Shown here: positions 33,374-46,269 of the stretch, piece by piece | Layout of the letters: every line of letters begins with the position of its first letter | Numbering within the stretch: the stretch's first letter is position 1 | From: Escherichia coli | GTDB taxonomy: Bacteria > Pseudomonadota > Gammaproteobacteria > Enterobacterales > Enterobacteriaceae | DNA length: 64,000 bases | NCBI RefSeq assembly: GCF_022846255.1 | Contig: NZ_AP025682.1 | Direction: 5' to 3' (one strand) | Translations under genes and position numbers: made by a program | Notes under the pieces: generated by a model | Database searches by the model: none | What the model was told of the DNA's origin: nothing | The model's input: the letters and a program-made list of their open reading frames with translations, nothing else

Positions 33374-34424
33374 GCGCGATGCAATCAATCATATTCGGCA
33401 GTTTGGCGGGCGTCTGGATCGCTTCCGTAAATCGGTCGGCGGCTCTGGCGACGGCGGTCGTAACGCGCCGAAACGCGCGAAATCCTCGCCAAAACCGGTA
33501 AATCGCAAAACCAACGTTTTCAACGAACAGGTACGCTATGCCTTCCACGGCGCATTGCAGGATCTGAAAAGCAAACCGTTCGCCACGTTTTTAACGGTGA
33601 TGGTTATCGCCATCTCCCTGACGCTGCCCAGCGTCTGTTATATGGTGTACAAAAACGTTAACCAGGCGGCGACGCAATATTATCCGTCACCGCAAATCAC
33701 TGTTTATCTGCAAAAAACGCTGGATGATGACGCCGCTGCGGGCGTGGTGGCACAGTTGCAGGCCGAGCAAGGCGTGGAGAAAGTGAATTATCTTTCTCGT
33801 GAAGACGCACTGGGCGAGTTCCGTAACTGGTCTGGTTTTGGTGGTGCGCTGGATATGCTGGAAGAAAACCCGCTTCCGGCAGTGGCGGTGGTGATCCCGA
33901 AACTCGATTTTCAGGGGACGGAGTCACTGAATACGCTGCGTGATCGTATCACGCAGATTAACGGCATTGACGAAGTGCGGATGGATGACAGCTGGTTTGC
34001 CCGCCTGGCGGCGTTGACCGGGCTGGTCGGGCGCGTTTCGGCAATGATCGGCGTATTGATGGTGGCGGCAGTGTTCCTCGTCATCGGTAACAGTGTGCGC
34101 CTGAGTATCTTTGCTCGCCGTGATTCCATTAACGTGCAGAAACTGATTGGTGCGACGGATGGTTTCATCCTGCGTCCGTTCCTGTACGGTGGCGCATTGC
34201 TGGGATTTTCTGGCGCATTGTTGTCACTAATTTTGTCAGAAATTCTGGTGCTGCGTTTGTCATCGGCGGTTGCGGAAGTGGCACAGGTTTTCGGAACGAA
34301 GTTTGATATCAATGGCTTATCGTTCGATGAATGCCTGCTATTGCTGCTGGTATGCTCGATGATTGGCTGGGTGGCAGCGTGGCTTGCCACGGTACAACAT
34401 TTACGCCACTTTACGCCTGAATAA
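33366..34424 (+). CDS. ftsX: Cell division permease-like protein FtsX
   Basis: 352 aa from [14 protein letters not shown]...; overlaps ftsE 3' end. Confidence 0.93.
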
Positions 34425-34668
34425 TAAAAGCGTGTTATACTCTTTCCCTGCAATGGGTTCCGTAGCAGGGAAAGAGACCCCGTTGTCTCTTCCCGGTATT
34501 TCATCTCTATGTCACATTTTGTGCGTAATTTATTCACAGCGTTGCATTGAACTTGTGGATAAAATCACGGTCTGATAAAACAGTGAATGATAACCTCGTT
34601 GCTCTTAAGCTCTGGCACAGTTGTTGCTACCACTGAAGCGCCAGAAGATATCGATTGAGAGGATTTGA
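34425..34668 (+). promoter_or_regulatory. rpoH upstream regulatory region (multiple promoters expected)
   Basis: Intergenic region upstream of rpoH; multi-promoter assignment is from established knowledge, individual -10/-35 elements not mapped here. Confidence 0.5.
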
Positions 34669-35523
34669 ATGACTGACAAAATGCAAAGTTTAGCTTTAGC
34701 CCCAGTTGGCAACCTGGATTCCTACATCCGGGCAGCTAACGCGTGGCCGATGTTGTCGGCTGACGAGGAGCGGGCGCTGGCTGAAAAGCTGCATTACCAT
34801 GGCGATCTGGAAGCAGCTAAAACGCTGATCCTGTCTCACCTGCGGTTTGTTGTTCATATTGCTCGTAATTATGCGGGCTATGGCCTGCCACAGGCGGATT
34901 TGATTCAGGAAGGTAACATCGGCCTGATGAAAGCAGTGCGCCGTTTTAACCCGGAAGTGGGTGTGCGCCTGGTCTCCTTCGCCGTTCACTGGATCAAAGC
35001 AGAGATCCACGAATACGTTCTGCGTAACTGGCGTATCGTCAAAGTTGCGACCACCAAAGCGCAACGCAAACTGTTCTTCAACCTGCGTAAAACCAAGCAG
35101 CGTCTGGGCTGGTTTAACCAGGATGAAGTCGAGATGGTGGCCCGTGAACTGGGCGTAACCAGCAAAGACGTACGTGAGATGGAATCACGTATGGCGGCAC
35201 AGGACATGACCTTTGACCTGTCTTCCGACGACGATTCCGACAGCCAGCCGATGGCTCCGGTGCTCTATCTGCAGGATAAATCATCTAACTTTGCCGACGG
35301 TATTGAAGATGATAACTGGGAAGAGCAGGCGGCAAACCGTCTGACCGACGCGATGCAAGGTCTGGACGAGCGTAGCCAGGATATCATCCGCGCGCGCTGG
35401 CTGGATGAAGACAACAAGTCCACGTTGCAGGAACTGGCTGACCGTTACGGTGTTTCCGCTGAGCGTGTGCGTCAGCTTGAAAAGAACGCGATGAAAAAAT
35501 TGCGCGCTGCTATTGAAGCGTAA
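34669..35523 (+). CDS. rpoH: RNA polymerase sigma factor RpoH (sigma-32)
   Basis: 284 aa; sigma-70 family regions 2 and 4 present. Confidence 0.97.
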   Translation: MTDKMQSLALAPVGNLDSYIRAANAWPMLSADEERALAEKLHYHGDLEAAKTLILSHLRFVVHIARNYAGYGLPQADLIQEGNIGLMKAVRRFNPEVGVRLVSFAVHWIKAEIHEYVLRNWRIVKVATTKAQRKLFFNLRKTKQRLGWFNQDEVEMVARELGVTSKDVREMESRMAAQDMTFDLSSDDDSDSQPMAPVLYLQDKSSNFADGIEDDNWEEQAANRLTDAMQGLDERSQDIIRARWLDEDNKSTLQELADRYGVSAERVRQLEKNAMKKLRAAIEA

Positions 35524-35544
35524 TTTCCGCTATTAAGCAGAGAA

Positions 35545-35576
35545 CCCTGGATGAGAGTCCGGGGTTTTTGTTTTTT
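35545..35576 (+). terminator. Intrinsic terminator downstream of rpoH
   Basis: Stem CCCTGGA/TCCGGGG with 6-nt loop followed by TTTTTGTTTTTT. Confidence 0.7.
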
Positions 35577-35793
35577 GGGCCTCTACAATAATCAATTCCC
35601 CCTCCGGCAAAACGCCAATCCCCACGCAGATTGTTAATAAACTGTCAAAATAGCTATTCCAATATCATAAAAATGGGGTATGTTTTAGCAGAGTATGCTG
35701 CTAAAGCACGGGTAGCTACGTATAAAACGAAATAAAGTGCTGCACAACAACATCACAACACACGTAATAACCAGAAGAGTGGGGATTCTCAGG

Positions 35794-36897
35794 ATGAACA
35801 TAAAGGGTAAAGCGTTACTGGCAGGATGTATCGCGCTGGCATTCAGCAATATGGCTCTGGCAGAAGATATTAAAGTCGCCGTCGTAGGCGCAATGTCCGG
35901 TCCGGTGGCCCAGTACGGTGACCAGGAGTTTACTGGTGCTGAGCAGGCGGTTGCGGATATCAATGCTAAAGGCGGCATTAAAGGCAACAAACTGCAAATC
36001 GTAAAATATGACGATGCCTGTGACCCGAAACAGGCGGTTGCGGTGGCGAACAAAGTCGTTAACGACGGCATTAAATATGTGATTGGTCACCTCTGTTCTT
36101 CATCAACGCAGCCAGCGTCTGACATCTACGAAGACGAAGGCATTTTAATGATCACCCCAGCAGCAACCGCACCAGAGCTGACCGCCCGTGGCTATCAGCT
36201 GATCCTGCGCACCACCGGCCTGGACTCCGACCAGGGACCGACGGCGGCGAAATATATTCTTGAGAAAGTGAAACCGCAGCGTATTGCTATCGTTCACGAC
36301 AAACAGCAATACGGCGAAGGTCTGGCGCGAGCGGTGCAGGACGGCCTGAAGAAAGGCAATGCTAACGTGGTGTTCTTTGATGGTATCACCGCCGGGGAAA
36401 AAGATTTCTCAACGCTGGTGGCGCGTCTGAAGAAAGAGAATATCGACTTCGTTTACTACGGCGGTTATCACCCGGAAATGGGGCAAATCCTGCGTCAGGC
36501 ACGCGCGGCAGGGTTGAAAACTCAGTTTATGGGGCCGGAAGGTGTGGCTAACGTTTCGCTGTCTAACATTGCGGGCGAATCAGCGGAAGGGCTGCTGGTG
36601 ACCAAGCCGAAGAACTACGATCAGGTTCCGGCGAACAAACCGATTGTTGACGCGATCAAAGCGAAAAAACAGGACCCAAGCGGCGCGTTCGTCTGGACCA
36701 CCTACGCCGCGCTGCAATCTTTGCAAGCGGGCCTGAATCAGTCTGACGATCCGGCGGAGATCGCTAAATACCTGAAAGCGAACTCGGTTGATACGGTGAT
36801 GGGGCCGCTGACCTGGGATGAGAAAGGCGATCTGAAAGGCTTTGAGTTCGGTGTGTTTGACTGGCACGCCAACGGCACGGCGACTGATGCGAAGTAA
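35794..36897 (+). CDS. livJ: Leu/Ile/Val-binding periplasmic protein LivJ
   Basis: 367 aa from [23 protein letters not shown] (signal peptide); paralog of LivK at 37892. Confidence 0.95.
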   Translation: MNIKGKALLAGCIALAFSNMALAEDIKVAVVGAMSGPVAQYGDQEFTGAEQAVADINAKGGIKGNKLQIVKYDDACDPKQAVAVANKVVNDGIKYVIGHLCSSSTQPASDIYEDEGILMITPAATAPELTARGYQLILRTTGLDSDQGPTAAKYILEKVKPQRIAIVHDKQQYGEGLARAVQDGLKKGNANVVFFDGITAGEKDFSTLVARLKKENIDFVYYGGYHPEMGQILRQARAAGLKTQFMGPEGVANVSLSNIAGESAEGLLVTKPKNYDQVPANKPIVDAIKAKKQDPSGAFVWTTYAALQSLQAGLNQSDDPAEIAKYLKANSVDTVMGPLTWDEKGDLKGFEFGVFDWHANGTATDAK

Positions 36898-36942
36898 TCA
36901 TTAATCGGCAACTTTGGGTTGCCGCCAAATTGCTAATATCGA

Positions 36943-37058
<116 letters not shown>

Positions 37059-37084
37059 ATCACTTTTGAAATCAAACTTGACGA

Positions 37085-37468
37085 TTAACGCTTCTCCCAG
37101 CCACCCTGTTGTGCCGTAAATCCCAGTGCTCGCATAAACGCCGTCATCACGCCGCGATCTTCCACGCCAGCATCCGCCATCCACCAACATGAAACGCCTG
37201 GATTGTTACGCAAAACCTCTTCCAGCAGATATTGCCCCACACCGCGACGTCGGGTGACTTCCCGCACGCGTAGAGAATCCAGAGCCCCCTCGGTGCCGCT
37301 TAAGGTTACCCGCACGGCAGCGAGCAGGCGCTCGTTAAAACGCGCGGCGTAGATACGGTAGTTATCGTCAACCTGTAAAGAGGAAGGGGAATATTCCGGC
37401 CAGATCTTTTGCAGGTCAATCCGGTCCTGGTCGCTAAAGTTTTCTAATCGAATGATGGTCAGCTTCAT
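37085..37468 (-). CDS. panM: PanD maturation factor PanM (YhhK), GNAT fold
   Basis: 127 aa acetyltransferase-fold protein between livJ and livK. Confidence 0.85.
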   Translation of the reverse strand: MKLTIIRLENFSDQDRIDLQKIWPEYSPSSLQVDDNYRIYAARFNERLLAAVRVTLSGTEGALDSLRVREVTRRRGVGQYLLEEVLRNNPGVSCWWMADAGVEDRGVMTAFMRALGFTAQQGGWEKR

Positions 37469-37891
37469 GGGGAACCCGTGTAAATCACAAAAGTGGAGCC
37501 AGTGTAGCGAAATAATTTAATCGGAGGCTTTCTCTTTTTTAATTCTTTTGGCAGGTGATTAATTTTTTAACAGCAATAATTACAAAGTTAAAACATTAGA
37601 GAATGAAAAATACCCAGCATAATCCCCTGAATGGTAGTGAATTATTCCGCCCTTTGTGCCGTTATTTTATGCTGACAAAGGCACTTTTTTCTGTTTATCT
37701 ATCAATAAATTCAGAATATTATCTGTTCTTAATCGACTGAAAAATAGGGATTTTAATCGCTATTATCACAAAATACTGCGCTAAACCCTTAATCAGACAG
37801 GCAAAAACAGTGCAGTATAAAAAAAGAACAGTCTGATTTGTTAACACATAAAAACAAAGCAACACAACATCACGAATGGGGATTTTTGACT

Positions 37892-39001
37892 ATGAAACGG
37901 AATGCGAAAACTATCATCGCAGGGATGATTGCACTGGCAATTTCACACACCGCTATGGCTGACGATATTAAAGTCGCCGTTGTCGGCGCGATGTCCGGCC
38001 CGATTGCCCAGTGGGGCGATATGGAATTTAACGGCGCGCGTCAGGCAATTAAAGACATTAATGCCAAAGGGGGAATTAAGGGCGATAAACTGGTTGGCGT
38101 GGAATATGACGACGCCTGCGACCCGAAACAAGCCGTTGCGGTCGCCAACAAAATCGTTAACGACGGCATTAAATATGTTATTGGTCATCTGTGTTCCTCC
38201 TCTACCCAACCTGCATCAGATATCTATGAAGACGAAGGTATTCTGATGATCTCGCCGGGAGCGACCAATCCGGAGCTGACCCAACGCGGTTATCAATACA
38301 TCATGCGTACTGCCGGGCTGGACTCTTCCCAGGGGCCAACGGCGGCAAAATACATTCTTGAGACGGTGAAGCCCCAGCGCATCGCCATCATTCACGACAA
38401 ACAACAGTATGGCGAAGGGCTGGCACGTTCGGTGCAGGACGGGCTGAAAGCGGCTAACGCCAACGTCGTCTTCTTCGACGGCATTACCGCTGGAGAGAAA
38501 GATTTCTCCGCGCTGATCGCCCGCCTGAAAAAAGAAAACATCGACTTCGTTTACTACGGCGGTTACTACCCGGAAATGGGGCAGATGCTGCGCCAGGCCC
38601 GTTCCGTTGGCCTGAAAACCCAGTTTATGGGGCCGGAAGGTGTCGGTAATGCGTCACTGTCGAACATTGCCGGTGATGCCGCTGAAGGCATGTTGGTCAC
38701 CATGCCAAAACGCTATGACCAGGATCCGACAAACCAGGGCATCGTTGATGCGCTGAAAGCCGACAAGAAAGATCCGTCCGGGCCCTATGTCTGGATCACC
38801 TACGCGGCGGTGCAATCTCTGGCAACTGCCCTTGAACGTACCGGCAGCGATGAGCCGCTGGCGCTGGTGAAAGATTTAAAAGCTAACGGTGCAAACACCG
38901 TAATTGGGCCGCTGAACTGGGATGAAAAAGGCGATCTTAAGGGATTCGATTTTGGTGTCTTCCAGTGGCACGCCGACGGTTCATCCACGGCAGCCAAGTG
39001 A
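37892..39001 (+). CDS. livK: Leucine-specific periplasmic binding protein LivK
   Basis: 369 aa from [23 protein letters not shown]; highly similar to LivJ. Confidence 0.95.
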   Translation: MKRNAKTIIAGMIALAISHTAMADDIKVAVVGAMSGPIAQWGDMEFNGARQAIKDINAKGGIKGDKLVGVEYDDACDPKQAVAVANKIVNDGIKYVIGHLCSSSTQPASDIYEDEGILMISPGATNPELTQRGYQYIMRTAGLDSSQGPTAAKYILETVKPQRIAIIHDKQQYGEGLARSVQDGLKAANANVVFFDGITAGEKDFSALIARLKKENIDFVYYGGYYPEMGQMLRQARSVGLKTQFMGPEGVGNASLSNIAGDAAEGMLVTMPKRYDQDPTNQGIVDALKADKKDPSGPYVWITYAAVQSLATALERTGSDEPLALVKDLKANGANTVIGPLNWDEKGDLKGFDFGVFQWHADGSSTAAK

Positions 39002-39048
39002 TCATCCTACCGTCCGTGAAAAACGGGCGGGTTTAGAAAGGTTACCTT

Positions 39049-39975
39049 ATGTCTGAGCAGTTTTTGTATTTCTTGCAGCAGATGTTTAACGGCGTCACGC
39101 TGGGCAGTACCTACGCGCTGATAGCCATCGGCTACACCATGGTTTACGGCATTATCGGCATGATTAACTTCGCCCACGGCGAGGTTTACATGATTAGTAG
39201 CTATGTCTCATTTATGATCATCGCCGCACTGATGATGATGGGTATTGATACCGGCTGGCTGCTGGTGGCGGCGGGATTCGTCGGCGCAATCGTCATTGCC
39301 AGCGCCTACGGCTGGAGTATCGAACGGGTAGCCTATCGCCCGGTGCGTAACTCTAAGCGCCTGATTGCGCTTATTTCCGCAATCGGCATGTCTATCTTCC
39401 TGCAAAACTACGTCAGCCTGACCGAAGGTTCGCGCGACGTGGCGCTGCCTAGCCTGTTTAACGGTCAGTGGGTAGTGGGTCATAGCGAAAACTTCTCTGC
39501 CTCTATTACTACCATGCAGGCGGTTATCTGGATTGTTACTTTCCTCGCCATGCTGGCACTGACGATTTTCATTCGCTATTCCCGTATGGGGCGAGCCTGC
39601 CGTGCCTGCGCGGAAGATCTGAAAATGGCGAGCCTGCTTGGCATCAACACCGACCGGGTGATTGCGCTGACCTTTGTGATTGGCGCGGCGATGGCGGCGG
39701 TTGCGGGCGTGCTGCTCGGTCAGTTCTACGGCGTAATTAACCCCTACATCGGCTTTATGGCCGGGATGAAAGCCTTTACCGCTGCGGTGCTCGGTGGGAT
39801 TGGCAGCATTCCGGGGGCGATGATTGGCGGCCTGATCCTGGGGATTGCGGAAGCGCTCTCTTCTGCCTATCTGAGTACGGAATATAAGGATGTGGTTTCA
39901 TTTGCCCTGCTGATTCTGGTGCTGCTGGTGATGCCGACCGGTATTCTGGGTCGCCCGGAGGTAGAGAAAGTATGA
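39049..39975 (+). CDS. livH: Branched-chain amino acid ABC permease LivH
   Basis: 308 aa permease. Confidence 0.95.
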   Translation: MSEQFLYFLQQMFNGVTLGSTYALIAIGYTMVYGIIGMINFAHGEVYMISSYVSFMIIAALMMMGIDTGWLLVAAGFVGAIVIASAYGWSIERVAYRPVRNSKRLIALISAIGMSIFLQNYVSLTEGSRDVALPSLFNGQWVVGHSENFSASITTMQAVIWIVTFLAMLALTIFIRYSRMGRACRACAEDLKMASLLGINTDRVIALTFVIGAAMAAVAGVLLGQFYGVINPYIGFMAGMKAFTAAVLGGIGSIPGAMIGGLILGIAEALSSAYLSTEYKDVVSFALLILVLLVMPTGILGRPEVEKV

Positions 39976-41249
39976 AACCGATGCATATTGCAATGGCGCT
40001 GCTCTCTGCCGCTATGTTCTTTGTGCTGGCGGGCGTCTTTATGGGCGTGCAACTGGAGCTGGATGGCACCAAACTGGTGGTCGACACGGCTTCAGAGATC
40101 CGTTGGCAGTGGGTATTTATCGGCACGGCGGTGGTCTTTTTCTTCCAGCTTGTGCGGCCTGCTTTCCAGAAAGGGCTAAAAAGCGTTTCCGGGCCGAAGT
40201 TTATTCTGCCCGCGATTGATGGCTCCACGGTGAAGCAGAAACTGTTCCTCGTGGCGCTGCTGGTGCTTGCGGTGGCGTGGCCATTTATGGTGTCGCGTGG
40301 GACGGTGGATATCGCCACTCTGACCATGATCTACATTATTCTCGGTCTCGGGCTGAACGTGGTTGTTGGTCTTTCTGGTCTGCTGGTGCTGGGATACGGC
40401 GGCTTTTACGCCATCGGCGCTTACACTTTTGCGCTGCTCAATCACTATTACGGTCTGGGCTTCTGGACCTGTCTGCCGATTGCCGGGTTGATGGCGGCGG
40501 CGGCGGGCTTCCTGCTCGGCTTCCCGGTGTTGCGTCTGCGCGGTGACTATCTGGCGATCGTTACCCTCGGTTTCGGCGAAATTGTGCGCATATTGCTGCT
40601 CAATAACACCGAAATTACCGGCGGACCGAACGGTATCAGTCAGATTCCGAAACCGACGCTCTTCGGACTCGAGTTCAGCCGTACCGCCCGTGAAGGCGGC
40701 TGGGACACGTTCAGTAATTTCTTTGGCCTGAAATACGATCCCTCCGATCGCGTCATTTTCCTCTACCTGGTGGCGTTGCTGCTGGTGGTGTTAAGCCTGT
40801 TTGTCATTAACCGCCTGCTGCGGATGCCGCTGGGGCGTGCGTGGGAAGCGTTGCGTGAAGATGAAATCGCTTGTCGTTCGCTGGGCTTAAGCCCGCGTCG
40901 TATCAAGCTGACTGCCTTTACCATCAGCGCTGCGTTTGCCGGTTTTGCCGGAACGTTGTTTGCTGCGCGCCAGGGCTTTGTCAGCCCTGAATCCTTCACT
41001 TTTGCCGAATCGGCGTTTGTGCTGGCGATAGTGGTGCTCGGCGGTATGGGCTCGCAATTTGCGGTAATTCTGGCGGCAATTTTGCTGGTGGTGTCGCGCG
41101 AATTGATGCGTGATTTCAACGAATACAGCATGTTAATGCTCGGTGGTTTGATGGTGCTGATGATGATCTGGCGTCCGCAGGGTTTGCTACCCATGACGCG
41201 CCCGCAACTCAAGCTGAAGAACGGCGCAGCGAAAGGAGAGCAGGCATGA
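39972..41249 (+). CDS. livM: Branched-chain amino acid ABC permease LivM
   Basis: 425 aa permease; overlaps livH stop. Confidence 0.95.
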   Translation: MKPMHIAMALLSAAMFFVLAGVFMGVQLELDGTKLVVDTASEIRWQWVFIGTAVVFFFQLVRPAFQKGLKSVSGPKFILPAIDGSTVKQKLFLVALLVLAVAWPFMVSRGTVDIATLTMIYIILGLGLNVVVGLSGLLVLGYGGFYAIGAYTFALLNHYYGLGFWTCLPIAGLMAAAAGFLLGFPVLRLRGDYLAIVTLGFGEIVRILLLNNTEITGGPNGISQIPKPTLFGLEFSRTAREGGWDTFSNFFGLKYDPSDRVIFLYLVALLLVVLSLFVINRLLRMPLGRAWEALREDEIACRSLGLSPRRIKLTAFTISAAFAGFAGTLFAARQGFVSPESFTFAESAFVLAIVVLGGMGSQFAVILAAILLVVSRELMRDFNEYSMLMLGGLMVLMMIWRPQGLLPMTRPQLKLKNGAAKGEQA

Positions 41250-42013
41250 GTCAGCCATTATTATCTGTTAACGGTCTGATGATGCGCTTCGGCGGCCTGC
41301 TGGCGGTGAACAACGTCAATCTTGAACTGTACCCGCAGGAGATCGTGTCGTTAATCGGCCCTAACGGTGCCGGAAAAACCACGGTCTTCAACTGCCTGAC
41401 CGGATTCTATAAACCCACCGGCGGCACCATTTTACTGCGCGATCAGCATCTTGAAGGTTTACCGGGGCAGCAAATCGCCCGCATGGGCGTGGTGCGCACC
41501 TTCCAGCATGTGCGTCTGTTCCGTGAAATGACGGTAATTGAAAACCTGCTGGTGGCGCAGCATCAGCAACTGAAAACCGGGCTGTTCTCTGGCCTGTTGA
41601 AAACGCCTTCTTTCCGTCGCGCCCAGAGCGAAGCGCTCGACCGCGCCGCTACATGGCTTGAGCGCATTGGTTTGCTGGAACATGCCAACCGTCAGGCGAG
41701 TAACCTGGCCTATGGTGACCAGCGTCGTCTGGAGATTGCCCGCTGTATGGTGACGCAGCCGGAGATTTTAATGCTCGACGAACCGGCAGCAGGTCTTAAC
41801 CCGAAAGAGACGAAAGAGCTGGATGAGCTGATTGCCGAACTGCGTAACCGTCACAACACCACTATCTTGTTGATTGAACACGATATGAAGCTGGTGATGG
41901 GGATTTCAGACAGAATTTACGTGGTCAATCAGGGGACGCCGCTGGCAAACGGTACACCGGAGCAGATCCGTAATAACCCGGACGTGATCCGTGCCTATTT
42001 AGGTGAGGCATAA
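41246..42013 (+). CDS. livG: Branched-chain amino acid ABC ATPase LivG
   Basis: 255 aa ([10 protein letters not shown]-loop, D-loop). Confidence 0.95.
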   Translation: MSQPLLSVNGLMMRFGGLLAVNNVNLELYPQEIVSLIGPNGAGKTTVFNCLTGFYKPTGGTILLRDQHLEGLPGQQIARMGVVRTFQHVRLFREMTVIENLLVAQHQQLKTGLFSGLLKTPSFRRAQSEALDRAATWLERIGLLEHANRQASNLAYGDQRRLEIARCMVTQPEILMLDEPAAGLNPKETKELDELIAELRNRHNTTILLIEHDMKLVMGISDRIYVVNQGTPLANGTPEQIRNNPDVIRAYLGEA

Positions 42014-42014
42014 G

Positions 42015-42728
42015 ATGGAAAAAGTCATGTTGTCCTTTGACAAAGTCAGCGCCCACTACGGCAAAATCCAGGCGCTGCATGAGGTGAGCCTGCATATCAA
42101 TCAGGGCGAGATTGTCACCCTCATTGGCGCGAACGGGGCGGGGAAAACCACCTTGCTCGGCACGTTATGCGGCGATCCGCGCGCCACCAGCGGGCGAATT
42201 GTGTTTGATGATAAAGACATTACCGACTGGCAGACGGCGAAAATCATGCGCGAAGCGGTAGCGATTGTCCCGGAAGGGCGTCGCGTCTTCTCGCGGATGA
42301 CGGTGGAAGAGAACCTGGCGATGGGCGGCTTTTTTGCCGAACGCGACCAGTTCCAGGAGCGCATAAAGTGGGTCTATGAACTGTTTCCACGTCTGCATGA
42401 GCGCCGTGTTCAGCGAGCGGGCACTATGTCTGGCGGTGAACAGCAGATGCTGGCGATTGGTCGCGCGCTGATGAGCAACCCGCGTTTGTTGTTGCTTGAT
42501 GAGCCATCGCTCGGGCTGGCACCGATTATCATCCAGCAAATTTTCGACACCATCGAACAACTGCGCGAGCAGGGGATGACCATCTTCCTTGTCGAGCAGA
42601 ACGCCAACCAGGCGCTAAAGCTGGCGGATCGCGGCTACGTGCTGGAAAACGGTCATGTAGTGCTCTCCGATACCGGCGACGCGCTGCTGGCGAATGAAGC
42701 GGTGAGAAGTGCGTATTTAGGCGGGTAA
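42015..42728 (+). CDS. livF: Branched-chain amino acid ABC ATPase LivF
   Basis: 237 aa from MEKVMLSFDKVSAHYGK (GANGAGKTT, MSGGEQQM). Confidence 0.95.
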   Translation: MEKVMLSFDKVSAHYGKIQALHEVSLHINQGEIVTLIGANGAGKTTLLGTLCGDPRATSGRIVFDDKDITDWQTAKIMREAVAIVPEGRRVFSRMTVEENLAMGGFFAERDQFQERIKWVYELFPRLHERRVQRAGTMSGGEQQMLAIGRALMSNPRLLLLDEPSLGLAPIIIQQIFDTIEQLREQGMTIFLVEQNANQALKLADRGYVLENGHVVLSDTGDALLANEAVRSAYLGG

Positions 42729-42789
42729 TAACACGTTGATTGATAAGGAGTCAAAAGACTCCTTTGAGACAGGTGACAAATGTAAAATT

Positions 42790-42895
<106 letters not shown>

Positions 42896-42985
42896 GATGA
42901 GTAATCTGTAGAGTTTGATTCAGACCTTCTATTTTTCCGCTTATCCGTGCCCCATCTCCCATTTTCCCTCGCCCGCGCCGTCACC

Positions 42986-43010
42986 GCCTTGTCATCTTTC
43001 TGACACCTTA
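42986..43010 (+). promoter_or_regulatory. Pho box (PhoB binding site) of the ugpB promoter
   Basis: CTTGTCATCTTTCTGACACC matches Pho-box consensus CTGTCATA(A/T)A(T/A)CTGTCA(C/T)-like direct repeats; further Pho-box-like repeats downstream. Confidence 0.7.
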
Positions 43011-43124
43011 CTATCTTAAAAATGTAACAAAATAGTTATTTTTCTGTAATTCGAGCATGTCATGTTACTCCGCGAGCATAAAACGCGTGAATTCGCGCAT
43101 TCGGTACAACAAGAGAGATAATCA

Positions 43125-44441
43125 ATGAAACCGTTACGTTATACAGCTTCAGCACTGGCGCTCGGACTGGCTTTAATGGCAAATGCGCAGGCAGTGACGA
43201 CCATTCCGTTCTGGCATTCTATGGAAGGGGAACTGGGTAAAGAGGTGGATTCTCTGGCCCAACGTTTTAACGCCGAAAACCCGGATTACAAAATTGTACC
43301 GACCTATAAAGGCAACTACGAACAGAATTTAAGCGCGGGGATTGCCGCATTTCGTACCGGCAACGCTCCGGCTATTTTGCAGGTTTATGAAGTTGGCACC
43401 GCCACCATGATGGCGTCGAAAGCCATTAAACCGGTGTATGACGTGTTTAAAGAGGCGGGGATTCAATTCGATGAGTCGCAGTTTGTGCCGACGGTTTCAG
43501 GCTACTACTCCGACAGCAAAACCGGCCACTTACTCTCCCAGCCGTTCAACAGCTCGACTCCCGTTCTCTATTACAACAAAGACGCCTTCAAGAAAGCAGG
43601 ATTAGACCCGGAACAGCCGCCAAAAACCTGGCAGGATCTGGCGGACTATGCCGCAAAACTGAAAGCCTCCGGTATGAAGTGCGGCTACGCCAGCGGCTGG
43701 CAGGGATGGATCCAACTGGAAAACTTTAGCGCCTGGAACGGTTTGCCGTTTGCCAGCAAAAACAACGGCTTTGACGGCACAGACGCGGTGCTTGAGTTCA
43801 ACAAGCCGGAGCAGGTGAAACACATCGCCATGCTCGAAGAGATGAACAAGAAGGGCGATTTCAGCTACGTTGGGCGTAAGGATGAATCCACCGAGAAGTT
43901 CTATAACGGTGATTGCGCGATGACCACCGCCTCTTCCGGTTCTCTCGCCAACATTCGCGAGTACGCCAAATTTAACTATGGCGTAGGCATGATGCCTTAC
44001 GATGCCGATGCGAAAGATGCGCCACAAAACGCCATTATCGGCGGAGCCAGTCTATGGGTAATGCAGGGTAAAGATAAAGAAACCTACACCGGCGTGGCGA
44101 AGTTCCTCGACTTCCTCGCAAAGCCAGAAAACGCTGCCGAGTGGCATCAGAAAACCGGCTATCTGCCAATCACTAAAGCGGCGTATGACCTGACCCGTGA
44201 GCAGGGCTTTTACGAGAAAAACCCAGGAGCGGATATTGCCACGCGTCAGATGCTGAACAAGCCACCGTTGCCGTTCACCAAAGGTTTGCGTCTGGGCAAC
44301 ATGCCGCAGATCCGCGTGATTGTGGATGAAGAGCTGGAGAGCGTGTGGACCGGTAAGAAGACACCACAGCAGGCGCTGGATACTGCCGTTGAGCGTGGGA
44401 ACCAGTTACTGCGCCGCTTTGAGAAATCGACGAAGTCTTAA
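43125..44441 (+). CDS. ugpB: sn-glycerol-3-phosphate-binding periplasmic protein UgpB
   Basis: 438 aa with signal peptide. Confidence 0.95.
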   Translation: MKPLRYTASALALGLALMANAQAVTTIPFWHSMEGELGKEVDSLAQRFNAENPDYKIVPTYKGNYEQNLSAGIAAFRTGNAPAILQVYEVGTATMMASKAIKPVYDVFKEAGIQFDESQFVPTVSGYYSDSKTGHLLSQPFNSSTPVLYYNKDAFKKAGLDPEQPPKTWQDLADYAAKLKASGMKCGYASGWQGWIQLENFSAWNGLPFASKNNGFDGTDAVLEFNKPEQVKHIAMLEEMNKKGDFSYVGRKDESTEKFYNGDCAMTTASSGSLANIREYAKFNYGVGMMPYDADAKDAPQNAIIGGASLWVMQGKDKETYTGVAKFLDFLAKPENAAEWHQKTGYLPITKAAYDLTREQGFYEKNPGADIATRQMLNKPPLPFTKGLRLGNMPQIRVIVDEELESVWTGKKTPQQALDTAVERGNQLLRRFEKSTKS

Positions 44442-44451
44442 TCAGTGTAAT

Positions 44452-44522
44452 GTCGGATGCGTTTCGCTTATCTGACCTGGCATCGCGTGTAGGCCGGATA
44501 AGCGAAGCGCATCCGGCACAGT
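44452..44522. repeat. REP element
   Basis: GTAGGCCGGATAAGCGAAGCGCATCCGGCA palindromic unit between ugpB and ugpA. Confidence 0.8.
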
Positions 44523-44538
44523 TCAGGAATTAACTGTA

Positions 44539-45426
44539 ATGTCATCATCCCGTCCGGTGTTCCGCTCGCGCTGGCTGCCTTATTTGCTGGTCGCGCCGCA
44601 GCTCATCATCACCGTTATCTTTTTTATCTGGCCTGCGGGCGAAGCGTTGTGGTACTCGCTACAAAGCGTCGATCCGTTTGGTTTCTCCAGCCAGTTTGTC
44701 GGCCTGGATAATTTCGTCACGCTGTTTCACGACAGCTACTATCTCGACGCCTTCTGGACGACGATAAAATTCAGCACCTTTGTCACCGTCAGCGGTTTGC
44801 TGGTATCGCTGTTCTTCGCAGCGCTGGTGGAGTACATCGTGCGCGGCAGTCGTTTCTATCAAACCTTGATGCTGCTGCCGTATGCCGTGGCTCCCGCCGT
44901 TGCCGCCGTATTGTGGATCTTTCTGTTTAACCCTGGTCGCGGGCTGATCACCCATTTTCTCGCTGAGTTCGGCTACGACTGGAACCACGCGCAAAACAGC
45001 GGTCAGGCGATGTTCCTGGTGGTGTTTGCCTCAGTGTGGAAGCAAATCAGCTACAACTTTCTGTTCTTCTATGCCGCGCTGCAATCCATCCCCCGTTCGT
45101 TGATCGAAGCCGCAGCCATTGATGGGGCAGGGCCGATTCGCCGCTTCTTTAAGATTGCGCTGCCGCTTATCGCTCCGGTGAGTTTCTTCCTGCTGGTGGT
45201 GAACCTGGTGTATGCCTTCTTCGACACCTTCCCGGTGATCGACGCCGCCACGTCCGGCGGGCCAGTACAGGCCACCACGACGCTGATTTATAAGATTTAC
45301 CGTGAAGGCTTTACCGGACTGGATTTGGCTTCGTCTGCCGCGCAGTCGGTGGTGTTGATGTTCCTCGTCATCGTGCTGACGGTGGTGCAGTTCCGCTATG
45401 TTGAAAGCAAGGTACGTTACCAATGA
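44539..45426 (+). CDS. ugpA: sn-glycerol-3-phosphate ABC permease UgpA
   Basis: 295 aa permease. Confidence 0.95.
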
Positions 45427-46268
45427 TTGAGAACCGTCCGTGGCTGACAATATTCAGCCATACCATGCTGATCCTCGGGATCGCGGTGATCCTCTTCCCG
45501 CTGTACGTGGCGTTTGTCGCGGCGACGCTGGATAAACAAGAAGTCTATGCCGCACCGATGACGCTAATCCCCGGCACACATCTGCTGGAAAACATCCACA
45601 ACATCTGGGTAAACGGGGTAGGCACGAATAGCGCGCCGTTCTGGCGGATGTTGCTTAACAGCTTTGTGATGGCGTTCAGCATTACGCTCGGCAAAATTAC
45701 CGTCTCGATGCTCTCGGCATTTGCCATTGTCTGGTTTCGTTTTCCGCTACGTAACCTCTTCTTCTGGATGATTTTTATCACCCTGATGTTGCCGGTTGAA
45801 GTGCGTATCTTCCCGACGGTGGAAGTCATCGCCAACCTGAAAATGCTCGACAGCTACGCAGGTTTAACGCTGCCGCTGATGGCCTCGGCGACCGCCACGT
45901 TTCTGTTTCGCCAGTTCTTTATGACCCTACCGGATGAACTGGTGGAAGCCGCGCGGATCGACGGCGCGTCGCCAATGCGTTTCTTTTGCGACATCGTTTT
46001 TCCGCTGTCCAAAACTAATCTGGCGGCGCTGTTTGTGATCACCTTTATTTACGGCTGGAACCAGTATTTGTGGCCGTTGTTGATTATTACCGACGTTGAT
46101 CTCGGCACCACCGTGGCAGGGATTAAAGGGATGATCGCCACAGGCGAAGGCACAACGGAATGGAACTCGGTGATGGCGGCGATGTTGTTAACCCTGATCC
46201 CACCAGTAGTGATTGTTTTAGTGATGCAGCGTGCCTTCGTGCGCGGCCTGGTCGATAGTGAGAAATAA
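45423..46268 (+). CDS. ugpE: sn-glycerol-3-phosphate ABC permease UgpE
   Basis: 281 aa permease. Confidence 0.95.
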
Positions 46269-46269
46269 G

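Noticed and set aside
39776..40327. 183-aa minus-strand ORF across the livH/livM junction
   Set aside because: Antisense to two well-supported permease genes.
42988..43080. Possible additional small ORF or attenuator upstream of ugpB
   Set aside because: Region is better explained by multiple Pho boxes and promoter elements of the ugp operon.
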